Source of the DNA: a virus
Virus record (IMG/VR): IMGVR_UViG_3300028610_001111
Reading direction: 5' to 3' (one strand)
DNA length: 60,788 nt
Position numbers and translations under genes: made by a program. Shown here piece after piece: positions 18,915-28,364 of this stretch (positions are counted from its first letter, which is position 1; every line of letters starts with the position of its first letter). Under the pieces are notes generated by a model. The model saw only the letters and a list, made by a program, of their open reading frames with translations, did not search any database and was not told where the DNA came from.

Positions 18915-19430
18915 TTATCTCCTTCCGACTAGTCTTAGCCATACTGAATTAGTATTGCTGAAAACGAAAGGAATAATATCTCCACGCTGTATATAGTGAT
19001 TGCTCAGAGCTGATACATCTGCTTGCTTTCTTGTTTCGCTAGTATTAGTCCATGATACAATACTGTTAGTTATGAGTGTAGTCACAGTGTTTGTAAGCCC
19101 ATGAAGATAATTCGTTTGAATATTTCCGAATTCATTTGTAACTACACGAGTTTCCTCAAACTGTTCTTCTGTATGTCTGAAAACATGACTCATTGAATTT
19201 GTGCTAGTAGATGCAGCAGTATACCATGTTTCAATTTCTGCAGGGTACCACATGTACGTCAAATTATTAGTAAATGAATACGATCCACCAATAACGTTTT
19301 TCCATTCAATAAAATAAAGTTCACCGGCTATAAGATCTTGAGCGTACTCACGCCTTTCAGGTTGAGATTCTCCCATCATATTAATGCATATCATTAATAT
19401 ACAGACGAAGAATATAGATATTTTTTTCAT
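18915..19430 (-). CDS. small secreted protein (171 aa)
   Basis: The start is refined to ATG 19430, with GGAGTG 6 nt upstream. N-terminus is MKKISIFFVCILMICINMMG|ESQ. Confidence 0.55.
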   Translation of the reverse strand: MKKISIFFVCILMICINMMGESQPERREYAQDLIAGELYFIEWKNVIGGSYSFTNNLTYMWYPAEIETWYTAASTSTNSMSHVFRHTEEQFEETRVVTNEFGNIQTNYLHGLTNTVTTLITNSIVSWTNTSETRKQADVSALSNHYIQRGDIIPFVFSNTNSVWLRLVGRR

Positions 19431-19500
19431 GATACACTCCAAATTAGAAACTGTGGAAGCCTGCACGGCCATACCTAATGCAGACCTCCACATCAATTTT

Positions 19501-20322
19501 TTAGACTTCAGCGTTACGGTAATTTATGAGACATTTAGCGCCATCTGCCATTGATACAGTAGATGTAAGTTCAATAAGAATCGGTCCTTTAACTCTCAGA
19601 GGTCTTGTTGACCAATCCCATAGAGTAGTCCATGAGTTATCAGGAACTAATCTTGTATAACCCAGTTCTTCTTCTTGGGTATAATCAGTCTCTTCAGGAT
19701 CGTAACTCATCTTGAATTCACAATCCGTTCCTGAGTTAGAATCTACAAGAGCCTGTATAGACACTATATCAATCTCTCCGCCTGCTCTCTTACCATTAAG
19801 GTCGTCAGGGTTTCCGAGACGCATAGACATATAAGTAAGTTCTGAAGCATCTCTGTACAGATAATCAGTAAACAGAGGGCTCATTGTCTCTTCAGTAAGA
19901 TCAATGAAATCATCTGTATCAATAGAGTAATCAGCAGCAGCATCAAGCCTGACCATCCACAAACCTACCGGAGTTGTGTTTAATCTCAATGCATTGACAG
20001 CATCTATCAGTGCCCCAAGTGTAGTTACTTGTGCATGAGTAGGAGACGAATCAACAGCACTAGGATCTGCTACAGCAGCAGCAGCAGCAGAAAACTGATA
20101 CTGAGTATAACTAGTTGCGCTCACACCTATATTCAGCAATATTATAAGTTTGCTATCGTCAGACCCATTATTATCTATAGTTATTGCAGCATACAGATCT
20201 TGAGTTTCTCCACTGCCTTTTCTGATATCCTTAAACTTAAGACGGAATAAAGGATTTTTTGTATCAGCTTTTTGTATCTCAGCAGTTCTTACAGGAAGTT
20301 TTTCAACCATATTCATATTCAT
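19501..20322 (-). CDS. hypothetical virion protein (273 aa)
   Basis: Track ORF in the structural operon; no signal peptide and no motif recognised. Confidence 0.55.
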   Translation of the reverse strand: MNMNMVEKLPVRTAEIQKADTKNPLFRLKFKDIRKGSGETQDLYAAITIDNNGSDDSKLIILLNIGVSATSYTQYQFSAAAAAVADPSAVDSSPTHAQVTTLGALIDAVNALRLNTTPVGLWMVRLDAAADYSIDTDDFIDLTEETMSPLFTDYLYRDASELTYMSMRLGNPDDLNGKRAGGEIDIVSIQALVDSNSGTDCEFKMSYDPEETDYTQEEELGYTRLVPDNSWTTLWDWSTRPLRVKGPILIELTSTVSMADGAKCLINYRNAEV

Positions 20323-20340
20323 TCTCCTTTATTTTTTTTA

Positions 20341-21141
20341 TTACATTTTGAACGCAGGAATAACATATTCATTAGTTGCTCCAGTCAACCTTATCTTGAA
20401 GTACAGAGCATTAGTTGTTGCTGCAGGCAAATCATTTATTGCCATGGTGCTACTTCCTGGAGCGTTAGTCACTGTAACTATAGGAAGGCCTGTAATCTCT
20501 AGAGTAGTGTCAAAAACAGCGGCTTCGTCTACAGATAAAGTTCCTTGTATATCTGTAGCTACAGCAGTGTCAGCAATCTCTACAGATGTAGCAGTAGCAG
20601 CACCTATAAGCAATGAACCTGCAGCTTGAGTGTCAAGACCTGCGCTTGCATCTACAGTTACGCTATCAGCATCAAAAGTAGAAATGACAGATAACGCACC
20701 TGCAGAAGTTAGATTCAGTACCTCTGTAGTATGATTAAGTACTGATAGATCATTACCAGTAGCTTCAGATTCAACTGTCCACGTATCTGCATTATCATCG
20801 CCATCGTCAGCGTCAAGAATAAGTTTTGCATCTGCATTCTCTCCTGCTGTAAACGTTGCAACAGATACTATGCCGCTTGCTGTCTGAGTTGCTGATATAT
20901 CTCCTGCACTGGCAGTTATATCACCAGCAGAAGTAGTAAGATCACCAGAATTAGTAAAGGCTCCTGTTACAGTAAGACCATTAGGCAGAGTTGCTCCATC
21001 ATAGAGTCTGTGCCAATTAGCAGTACTTTTCCTAACCTCTTCTCTTATCTGGTTGTTCAGAATATCTTCTATAGTCTCTGCCATAGAAAAATTTGCAATT
21101 ACGCAAACACAAGTCATTAATATTACGATATATTTATTCAT
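20341..21141 (-). CDS. S/T/A/D-rich signal-peptide-bearing structural (decoration/fibre-like) protein
   Basis: N-terminus is MNKYIVILMTCVCVIANFSMA|ETI. The body is low-complexity and beta-rich (...TSAGDITASAGDISATQTASG...). Confidence 0.55.
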   Translation of the reverse strand: MNKYIVILMTCVCVIANFSMAETIEDILNNQIREEVRKSTANWHRLYDGATLPNGLTVTGAFTNSGDLTTSAGDITASAGDISATQTASGIVSVATFTAGENADAKLILDADDGDDNADTWTVESEATGNDLSVLNHTTEVLNLTSAGALSVISTFDADSVTVDASAGLDTQAAGSLLIGAATATSVEIADTAVATDIQGTLSVDEAAVFDTTLEITGLPIVTVTNAPGSSTMAINDLPAATTNALYFKIRLTGATNEYVIPAFKM

Positions 21142-21150
21142 AATTTTTCC

Positions 21151-21720
21151 TTACATTTCTAATCTTTTATTGTCAATTATAAGCATAATAAGTTCAGAAG
21201 GATCTGGTTCGCCAGGAAGTAAGCCAGCATCAATCATTTCTTTTTGAGTCAAGAATGACATCAGTTGAGCCCTTGACATGCTCTGAAGTTTTTTAAGCGT
21301 CTGAGCCCTGTCCTTTATCCTGTCGTGTTTGTCAACCTTTCTAAGAATCCAGAAGTCTGCTTTGTACTGTTGAGATTTAAGAAGTTCTTCATAAACTTCT
21401 TTATCTTCTGGAACTTTTAAATTAAGAACCAGTCTCCAGTTACGAGCATGAAGTACTCTACCTTGCGGAGTTCCATGCTCTTCAGACTTAAGATCATCAA
21501 GAATATCCAATATCATTTGGTATTTCTTATACCTAAATTGGATCGTTATAAGATCATCATCTACTTTTTCTTCTTTATTTTCTTCCTGACGATGAGTAGA
21601 AACAATAGATTCTTCTGTAGAATCTTCTATCTGTTCTACTTCATCGTTAGAATTGGAAGAAAACACGTCAGTCAGATCTTCTTTTTTATCAGCTTTTTTA
21701 ATAGTTATTTCATCCGTCAT
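21151..21720 (-). CDS. hypothetical protein with acidic N-terminus (head-completion/adaptor candidate by position)
   Basis: Track ORF immediately downstream of the capsid gene. Confidence 0.5.
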   Translation of the reverse strand: MTDEITIKKADKKEDLTDVFSSNSNDEVEQIEDSTEESIVSTHRQEENKEEKVDDDLITIQFRYKKYQMILDILDDLKSEEHGTPQGRVLHARNWRLVLNLKVPEDKEVYEELLKSQQYKADFWILRKVDKHDRIKDRAQTLKKLQSMSRAQLMSFLTQKEMIDAGLLPGEPDPSELIMLIIDNKRLEM

Positions 21721-21767
21721 TATGACATTCCTAGTTAAGCTTACAGTAAGCGTTAGTCATTATTATT

Positions 21768-22994
21768 TTAGTCAACAATAGTTTTTCCTGCGCCGCGAAC
21801 GAAACCATGAGTTTCAGGATGACGTGCTTCAAGAGAGAAACTACCCCAATATTCATCTTGCCTGTAATGAGATCTACCTTCTTGGATATTCTGTCTCCAC
21901 GTCATTGGTGTATCTACATATTCTCTATGGAACGCATGGCCCATATCAACCACAAGACCCCATCCAGCAAGACCTTCAGAAGCAGGGAATCCACGTTTGT
22001 CCCTTGCAACTTTAACAAGGTTGCCTTCTTCAGTAGTGATCTCAAGCATATCAGTATTAAGATCTGGTTGGAAGTACTTAACAGGAGGCGTAGACATTAT
22101 GCGAGACATCCTGTTAAGAGCACCATACAATCTATTTCCTGCATTGACGAATTTCTGAGAAGAACTCGCAGTAGCATCAAAGCACTGGTCAAAGAATTCA
22201 CTAAGAATAGGCCATGTAAGGTTTTCGTTCTTGTTTCCTACATTAAGTACATTTTCTTCAACATAATGAATGAATCCCTGAGAAACGTAAATAGTACCAT
22301 CGGCAGTTACAGTAGTACCTTTATGTTGAAAAATAAGAGCTTTATTAACTTTACGCTTGATCTCAAGCATCTTATTTACAACTTCCCATTCTATAGTAGC
22401 GGGTGCGCCAATACCAACTTGTATCATTGCTGCAACATCCTGAAGATGTGAAATCTTGAATGTTTCAGAAAAATAAGATACGAAGTTTGATTTCTCTACA
22501 TCAGGAATACGTCCGGTTCCTTCATTAGCATCACCAAGTTCAGGAAGATGCGCAATACCAGCTACAAGTATTTCGTTGTCAAGAAGTGCTGCTTGAGGCG
22601 TACCATTCCATCCACGAGTAACAGTTATTGCGTTTGTTGTATAATTGACTGCTGTAACACGCATATTTTCTAGTGTACGCGTATTATGAACTTCTGAATT
22701 GACAATAAATAGTTTTGCCTCATCTACAACTATAGATGTAGCAGATGACGAATATCCACCTGAGTTGTTAACATTAGTATGAATAGGAAGAATTTCATCT
22801 TCTACCCAACTATAAACAGGCTGATTTACAGGCTCTTTTCTGCTCCATAACTCAAGAGCTTTAAGAAGTGTGCCATCATCATCATTAAGCATATCTAATT
22901 GATTGTCTAACTCTCTCTGTCTGAATAAATTGTCTGTGTCAAAGACATCTACGCCAGTAGTTCTAGTAGTATAAGGTAAAGTTACCCTGTACAT
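21768..22994 (-). CDS. major capsid protein
   Basis: 408-aa ORF directly after the scaffold-like gene and downstream of the portal. Size and position are typical of an HK97-fold capsid protein. The family assignment is from memory only, not searched. Confidence 0.7.
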   Translation of the reverse strand: MYRVTLPYTTRTTGVDVFDTDNLFRQRELDNQLDMLNDDDGTLLKALELWSRKEPVNQPVYSWVEDEILPIHTNVNNSGGYSSSATSIVVDEAKLFIVNSEVHNTRTLENMRVTAVNYTTNAITVTRGWNGTPQAALLDNEILVAGIAHLPELGDANEGTGRIPDVEKSNFVSYFSETFKISHLQDVAAMIQVGIGAPATIEWEVVNKMLEIKRKVNKALIFQHKGTTVTADGTIYVSQGFIHYVEENVLNVGNKNENLTWPILSEFFDQCFDATASSSQKFVNAGNRLYGALNRMSRIMSTPPVKYFQPDLNTDMLEITTEEGNLVKVARDKRGFPASEGLAGWGLVVDMGHAFHREYVDTPMTWRQNIQEGRSHYRQDEYWGSFSLEARHPETHGFVRGAGKTIVD

Positions 22995-23020
22995 AATACT
23001 CTCCTTGATTAATTGTTATA

Positions 23021-23680
23021 CTAATCTTGTGAAGGAGATCTAGAAGGTATCTTTCCACCTATACAGCGTGGCAAGTTTCCTTTTTGAACATCTACATTGG
23101 TCCTGTCATCTGCTCCATCAAAATTATTAGCAGATCTATTACCAGTTGCATTCACATGACTAGCAGATCTATTTGCCCGTTTAAAAAGTTCTACGAACTC
23201 ATTAGCATCGGGCGTGTTAACCTGGTGATCAATAAATAAACTTTCAGGAACTGACTGAGGGGTAGAAGCTTTAGCAGCTATCAAAAACGCCTTCTTTTTT
23301 TCAGGATCTGATACTATTACTGCTTTTTCCTCTTGAGACAGCTTTTTGTATACATCATCTGCAACTTTTTGCTCCTCTTTAGAAAGTACAGGCTCAGAAC
23401 CTTCTTCGTCAGTGCCACCCTGATTTTCTATATTTTCTGCTTTTTTCTTCAGACTGTCAACTGTTTTTTCTAAGTCTTTTATTTTTTCAGGATCATACCC
23501 ATCCATTTTCTTCATAGTTTCGAGAACACTTTCAGCCTGTTTTCTGGCATCACCTATCTCTTGCTTGAATTCTTGTGTTATTTTTTCCTGGCCATCGACT
23601 TTAGTAGTCATTACTGCTACTGCGTCAGTAGCGGCCTTAATGCTTTTTAATACTTCTTCTTTGTCATCATCCCAGGGCAT
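23021..23680 (-). CDS. scaffolding protein
   Basis: 219 aa, very K/E/D-rich and helical, with no hydrophobic core pattern; lies between portal and capsid genes. Confidence 0.65.
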   Translation of the reverse strand: MPWDDDKEEVLKSIKAATDAVAVMTTKVDGQEKITQEFKQEIGDARKQAESVLETMKKMDGYDPEKIKDLEKTVDSLKKKAENIENQGGTDEEGSEPVLSKEEQKVADDVYKKLSQEEKAVIVSDPEKKKAFLIAAKASTPQSVPESLFIDHQVNTPDANEFVELFKRANRSASHVNATGNRSANNFDGADDRTNVDVQKGNLPRCIGGKIPSRSPSQD

Positions 23681-24071
23681 TTTTAACCTCCGCTAATACA
23701 GGGGTAGGAATTATTTGTTCTTGCCTTCCTGTATTTTTTTGTTTGTGTTTAATAACATCCTTTATTTCTTTTATCTTTTCTTCTATTTGTTTATCAGCTG
23801 CTTCAGCATCAGAAAATCTTTTCAGCCAAGTTTCTGCCTCAAATTCTCTTCCCTGTATAACAGCTAAAAGAATATTAGAATTTTCTGAAGTTGGATCAAT
23901 ATGTATGTACTGTTCTCTTGCAAAATTTCTACGGTCTCTGAGTTCCTGAATAAATAGTTTTCCTTCTTCATGATGATTCAGAGATGTATAGAATTTCTGT
24001 CTGGTCCTTATTTTAGAAAGTTGAGATATCTCATTTTCTAATCCTTTTATATCGAATCCATGATAATTCAT
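23667..24071 (-). CDS. hypothetical head-module protein (134 aa)
   Basis: Track ORF, overlaps the scaffold gene start by 14 nt. Confidence 0.55.
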   Translation of the reverse strand: MNYHGFDIKGLENEISQLSKIRTRQKFYTSLNHHEEGKLFIQELRDRRNFAREQYIHIDPTSENSNILLAVIQGREFEAETWLKRFSDAEAADKQIEEKIKEIKDVIKHKQKNTGRQEQIIPTPVLAEVKNALG

Positions 24072-24079
24072 ACAAACCT

Positions 24080-24328
24080 TTATTTCTTCTTGGTTGTCTT
24101 CTTCTTGGTTGTCTTCTTCTTGGTTGTCTTCTTCTTGACTTTATGATTTATTTCTTCTGGATCTTTAGCTTTTATAGATGGGTCTTTCTTGAATCCTATT
24201 TCTTTTGTTTTCGGAGTGCACGACGATCCTTTTGAATATGCATCATATCCATGCTTCTCCATTACATTTACTATATCTTTTTCCATCTCTTTGTTTTCTG
24301 GTATTATGTAAGTGAATTCTGCTAACAT
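24080..24328 (-). CDS. small basic protein with C-terminal (TTKKK)n tail
   Basis: Track ORF. The C-terminus KVKKKTTKKKTTKKKTTKKK is encoded by a 15-bp tandem repeat. Confidence 0.55.
   Translation of the reverse strand: MLAEFTYIIPENKEMEKDIVNVMEKHGYDAYSKGSSCTPKTKEIGFKKDPSIKAKDPEEINHKVKKKTTKKKTTKKKTTKKK
24083..24136 (-). repeat. 15-bp tandem repeat (~3.6 copies) encoding (KKKTT)n
   Basis: Plus strand reads cttcttggttgtctt repeated, read directly. Confidence 0.9.
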
Positions 24329-24534
24329 TTTATTCTCCTTGCATCAACTACTTTGAAACCATGTTTTTCCGCAGTTGCTTTTAATTGATTAACTCTTGAT
24401 TTAAGTACAGGAGGTAATTTTCCTCCATGCTTTTTTCTCATTTGTTCCAGTCTTTTTTTTATTTCCTCCTTTTGTTCTAGTTTGTAAAATACTTGAAGTT
24501 CTTCGTTCATAGCTTTTAATTCTAGATCTTCCAT
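24322..24534 (-). CDS. hypothetical small basic protein (70 aa)
   Basis: Track ORF, co-oriented, 7-nt overlap with the next gene. Confidence 0.5.
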   Translation of the reverse strand: MEDLELKAMNEELQVFYKLEQKEEIKKRLEQMRKKHGGKLPPVLKSRVNQLKATAEKHGFKVVDARRIKC

Positions 24535-24543
24535 ACAACTCCT

Positions 24544-26412
24544 TTATTGTGACCCGCTAATACCTGCAGAACCTGCAAGAGCCTGCTGGCCTTGTGTTTG
24601 TTGCGCCTCTCCTGTTCCTGACTGAGAACCTCCATTCTCAATGTTTCTTACTTCGGCCTCTGCCCTTCTTGCAGCTCTTTCTTTCACTACATTTTCAGGA
24701 AGCATTGTGCGTCTTACAAGTCCTACATCTCCAGTCAATTCTTCATATCTAGCCCTGTCATCAAATAACTCTGGCTTCCTTTCAGTTCTGTCAAAATATG
24801 CAGCTCTTTCTGCAAAATCTGAAGCAGAGTTAAGTCTTGCTGCAGGAAGGTTAAGATCTACTTTGTAAACGTTTCTCATGTCTTGGATTGTGACACTCTT
24901 TTCAACAAACTTCCTGTCTCCAGTATCTGCATCAAAATCTACATCTATAAATTTGTCTCCGTCATCATCAATCAGTAACTGCTTTTTAATAAGTATCTTC
25001 TCTATTGTTGGTTTGAGTCCTCCGAGCTTAAGTATCTTACTTGCTAAGAATTGCCTTCCAGTGGTTGAAGAAAGCATAGTTTCAAGAGCATTCGCTCCAC
25101 CCCTGACAAGCCCTGCCTGACCATTCCTAACACTTGATACCTGTGAATTCGTTTGGGCATGGAACTTCTCAATAATATCACCAATCCCAAACAACGGTTG
25201 AGGGAACTGAGGTAGATCCATATATTGAACAGATTCACCAATATTTCTATTAACTCGTATATCTGAACCAGGACCTCTTCCTAAAGAGTCAGGATTATCT
25301 ACTGCTGTAGTATTAATAATTCTTGTAGGATTCATCATATACATAGCCAAATCTACTAATCCATTATACCATATATTCTGTCCTGTTGCTGTACGTTCTG
25401 AAGCCTCTGTGACGTTCTGCGGAAACCATCTTGATCCATCGGCGCAAGCAGACCATTTTACTAAATCGCTCATGTAAGTCTGATAAGTGTCTTTAGCTGA
25501 CCATATACGATGCTTACCATTTGCTATCCAATGCTGTTCATGATCAAAATAGCATCTTACTATAGGTATTAATACAGGTATTCTTTTGTCATTCGTATTT
25601 GTAGATGAAAGTCTTTTCCCTGCAAGTATCCATATATTGTCAGACATTATAGCTCTTGCATCAAAGTTCATTGACCTTGCTTCTTTTACTATAGTATCAA
25701 CATCTCCTTTATAAACCTTATCATTAGTCAAAGGATCTTTTTCATCCATCATGTCTCTGAACTCAGATTCAGTCTTAAAGTCTATAACGAAATGTCCTGA
25801 TGCTTTATTTGCGCCTTCAACATTTGCTCCTCCAGGCATAGGTATGACTTGAATTACTGATAAATATTTATAAACAGGGACTGTTACAGGTCTACCGAAA
25901 ACTATATTTGGAGTCTGTTTAAGTATGGCTCCATCCTTCTGAACTCTACTTTGGATAACTTTAGGAGGTGTTATTCTTTCCGTGTCTATAAGTCCGTACC
26001 CTACACCAAACTTCCATGAATCCTTTATAGAAGGGAAAGCTGCGTTCTCAAGATCTATCTGGCTCCTGACAGTATAAAGAAGACTGTCCTCTACACTTCT
26101 GACGCTTTTCTCATCCATTACTTTATTTGGAAGCAACTGTATAAACCTATTTTCAGGAAAGAGATAACGCATAGAAAACGGCAATTGTTCTTCGACTGAA
26201 TTAAATGTTATAGGAAACGTAATCTCAGATATAGTTGGCCAGTTTACAGTACTAGGGTTGTTATCATAAGCATTTTGTAGTCTCTGGAAAACTGTAAATC
26301 TCTCTAAAGCCTCTCCATAAGCATGATCGAACCTTGCCATCATTTCATCAGTTATGCCATCTTTAGTACTTTTTCTTTTATCTTTAGTACTTTTTCTTTT
26401 ATCTTTAGCCAT
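24544..26412 (-). CDS. portal protein
   Basis: 622 aa. The start shares one nt with the terminase stop (TGATG). Size and position fit a portal, and the C-terminus is a flexible G/Q/S-rich tail. Confidence 0.75.
   Translation of the reverse strand: MAKDKRKSTKDKRKSTKDGITDEMMARFDHAYGEALERFTVFQRLQNAYDNNPSTVNWPTISEITFPITFNSVEEQLPFSMRYLFPENRFIQLLPNKVMDEKSVRSVEDSLLYTVRSQIDLENAAFPSIKDSWKFGVGYGLIDTERITPPKVIQSRVQKDGAILKQTPNIVFGRPVTVPVYKYLSVIQVIPMPGGANVEGANKASGHFVIDFKTESEFRDMMDEKDPLTNDKVYKGDVDTIVKEARSMNFDARAIMSDNIWILAGKRLSSTNTNDKRIPVLIPIVRCYFDHEQHWIANGKHRIWSAKDTYQTYMSDLVKWSACADGSRWFPQNVTEASERTATGQNIWYNGLVDLAMYMMNPTRIINTTAVDNPDSLGRGPGSDIRVNRNIGESVQYMDLPQFPQPLFGIGDIIEKFHAQTNSQVSSVRNGQAGLVRGGANALETMLSSTTGRQFLASKILKLGGLKPTIEKILIKKQLLIDDDGDKFIDVDFDADTGDRKFVEKSVTIQDMRNVYKVDLNLPAARLNSASDFAERAAYFDRTERKPELFDDRARYEELTGDVGLVRRTMLPENVVKERAARRAEAEVRNIENGGSQSGTGEAQQTQGQQALAGSAGISGSQ
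26361..26409 (-). repeat. 21-bp tandem duplication encoding KDKRKST x2 at the portal N-terminus
   Basis: ctttagtactttttcttttat occurs twice in tandem, followed by a partial third copy. Confidence 0.9.
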
Positions 26413-28364
26413 CAGGTTCCTCCGTTTCTATATCCTATTGAACTCATTCCGCAAGGAGCTTTCTGCTGAAGAGGTTGTTTTTTAAACCTAGAGATGGCTT
26501 TCTTCTTTGCAGTGTACTCAACATTACATCTTATTTGATTTGCATCGAATTTATAAATATAACACATTATTCCAAAAGTTATAGCAGAATCAAGTGTTCC
26601 TTCACTCGTATGATCACAACGTTTTTTTTCTCCTTTAACTGAAAGTACAGCTGCAGCAAGTTCCTTTAACAATGGTTCGTCTGGTATATAAGGATATTCA
26701 TCTTCTTCGAAATCGTCAAGCCAATCTCTCACTAATTCAAATATAATGTCTCTTGTTGCTGAGTTTACATCGAATCCTTTTTTCTCTCTCTGCTTGCCTG
26801 TAGAGTCTTGAGTTGTTGTAAGGAAATACCAGTACGGGTATTCATCTAATTCAAGCTTTAGAGTAGCATTTGCTGATCCTCTGCCATGTTCAGGAGCAAG
26901 TAATGCGTTGTTATAATGTCTTAATCCGTATGAACATACTCTAGCAAACTGAATCGTTTCCAGAGTGGATCTTATAGTGGCTACCATGACAGGCTTTATT
27001 TCTTCCTTTTCCTTCATAGGTGGTCTTGACATTGTAGCAGCACATATGTCTCCTACTGCTTCAGGTGTCTCTGCTCCTTCAGAAGGATCTATAGTTAATA
27101 CATAACCCACGCCCGGTATAGGGTCTTCGTAAACTCTCCAAGTATTCATTTTATTTGTTTGAGAACACAATACAGAATTAACTGGAGTATCCATTAAACC
27201 AGGCAAATGAGTTATATGAGGCTTGCTAATCATTTCATGATAAGTTTTAGATGGTTGAAATTTCTTCCATTCGTAAACTCTACTATAAGACGCTATCCAT
27301 TTTAATATTTTCTTTCTGTCATAAAAAGGCTCACCCTTTATTTCTGTGAAGAATCCCCAACACCTTGAACCCCTGTACCAAGACTCCATACCTTTTCGTT
27401 TTATTTCTATATCTTCTTTATCTTGGTAGGGTGAATCATATTGAGTTGCGTGAAAAACTTGTATGTCTTTATTTCTGTTCTTAGGAAAGATCAATTTCTT
27501 TGACCACGTTATACCGTTAAGAGGTGTCATAACAATGCTTCTGAATTTGGCATGCTCCTGTGCTGAATGCCAAATGTCTGAGTTAGGCATTTCCTCATCA
27601 CCGATATAGCTCCATGCCATTTTAGCTTCAAATCTATCATGACCCTGCTCATAAGTTATAAATTTTACTAGGCAGTCTCTATCTGCGTATACAATTCCAT
27701 CTTGTTTGTTTGTTCCTTTATTCCCTCTTGTCCTGTCGTAAAATGATTCAGGAAATTCTTTATATAAATTTTCCGCAACACTAGGCCACCAATAATTAAC
27801 CTTTGCCTCTTTGAATGTTCCTATCCATATTTGAGAGCCAGGAGGAGCTATCTTTTCTTGAGGATATACACCTACACCAATTATATTACCGCAATCCCAT
27901 TCCTTCCAACCTTTTGATTCAGGAGACTTCCAATTGAAATCTATAAATTCTCCCGAACTTGAATCAAATCTACCGAACCTTAAAATATTCTCTTTAGTTG
28001 TTTTTCTCTTTATCTTTGTATCTACACCTAAATCATACCTTAAAGAAAATGGAATTTCTCCGGTAGTCATTATTGCTGTTTCTATTTTAGGAGCAAATGA
28101 TTTTCCTATCTGAGAACCACCAAGCATTATCCTTAACTTATTTATAGATAACATGTAACCTGACTGAAATTGGTGCGGGTCTTGTCCTACATATCTTATG
28201 AAGTCCGGATCTCTGAGGTCTATTCCGTCTTCGAGAGCCTTTGCAATTATTTCTTCAGGTCTCTTCTCTACATCCCATGGTTCGAAGAAGTAAAAAGCAT
28301 GAGCCTCTTGATCGCCATCTGCGATCCTATCTAGATCTTCATTTAGCCTGTCAAATACGTCCAT
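26412..28364 (-). CDS. terL: terminase large subunit
   Basis: Walker A-like GGSQIGKS sits ~100 aa from the N-terminus. Length is ~650 aa and the portal gene is adjacent. The start is refined to ATG 28364 (MDVFDRL...), which forms a TAATG overlap with the methyltransferase stop. Confidence 0.85.
   Translation of the reverse strand: MDVFDRLNEDLDRIADGDQEAHAFYFFEPWDVEKRPEEIIAKALEDGIDLRDPDFIRYVGQDPHQFQSGYMLSINKLRIMLGGSQIGKSFAPKIETAIMTTGEIPFSLRYDLGVDTKIKRKTTKENILRFGRFDSSSGEFIDFNWKSPESKGWKEWDCGNIIGVGVYPQEKIAPPGSQIWIGTFKEAKVNYWWPSVAENLYKEFPESFYDRTRGNKGTNKQDGIVYADRDCLVKFITYEQGHDRFEAKMAWSYIGDEEMPNSDIWHSAQEHAKFRSIVMTPLNGITWSKKLIFPKNRNKDIQVFHATQYDSPYQDKEDIEIKRKGMESWYRGSRCWGFFTEIKGEPFYDRKKILKWIASYSRVYEWKKFQPSKTYHEMISKPHITHLPGLMDTPVNSVLCSQTNKMNTWRVYEDPIPGVGYVLTIDPSEGAETPEAVGDICAATMSRPPMKEKEEIKPVMVATIRSTLETIQFARVCSYGLRHYNNALLAPEHGRGSANATLKLELDEYPYWYFLTTTQDSTGKQREKKGFDVNSATRDIIFELVRDWLDDFEEDEYPYIPDEPLLKELAAAVLSVKGEKKRCDHTSEGTLDSAITFGIMCYIYKFDANQIRCNVEYTAKKKAISRFKKQPLQQKAPCGMSSIGYRNGGT

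Noticed and set aside
21807-22451. 214-aa plus-strand ORF inside the capsid gene. The same applies to other long antisense ORFs: 1626..1841, 8888..9358, 15582..16034, 40763..41296, 35620..36001, 37075..37476, 37512..37913 and 46211..46573.
   Set aside because: These are shadow ORFs opposite well-supported genes. Their compositions are Ser/Leu/Ile/Phe-rich, typical of antisense frames, and each would break the strict strand polarity of the two operons.
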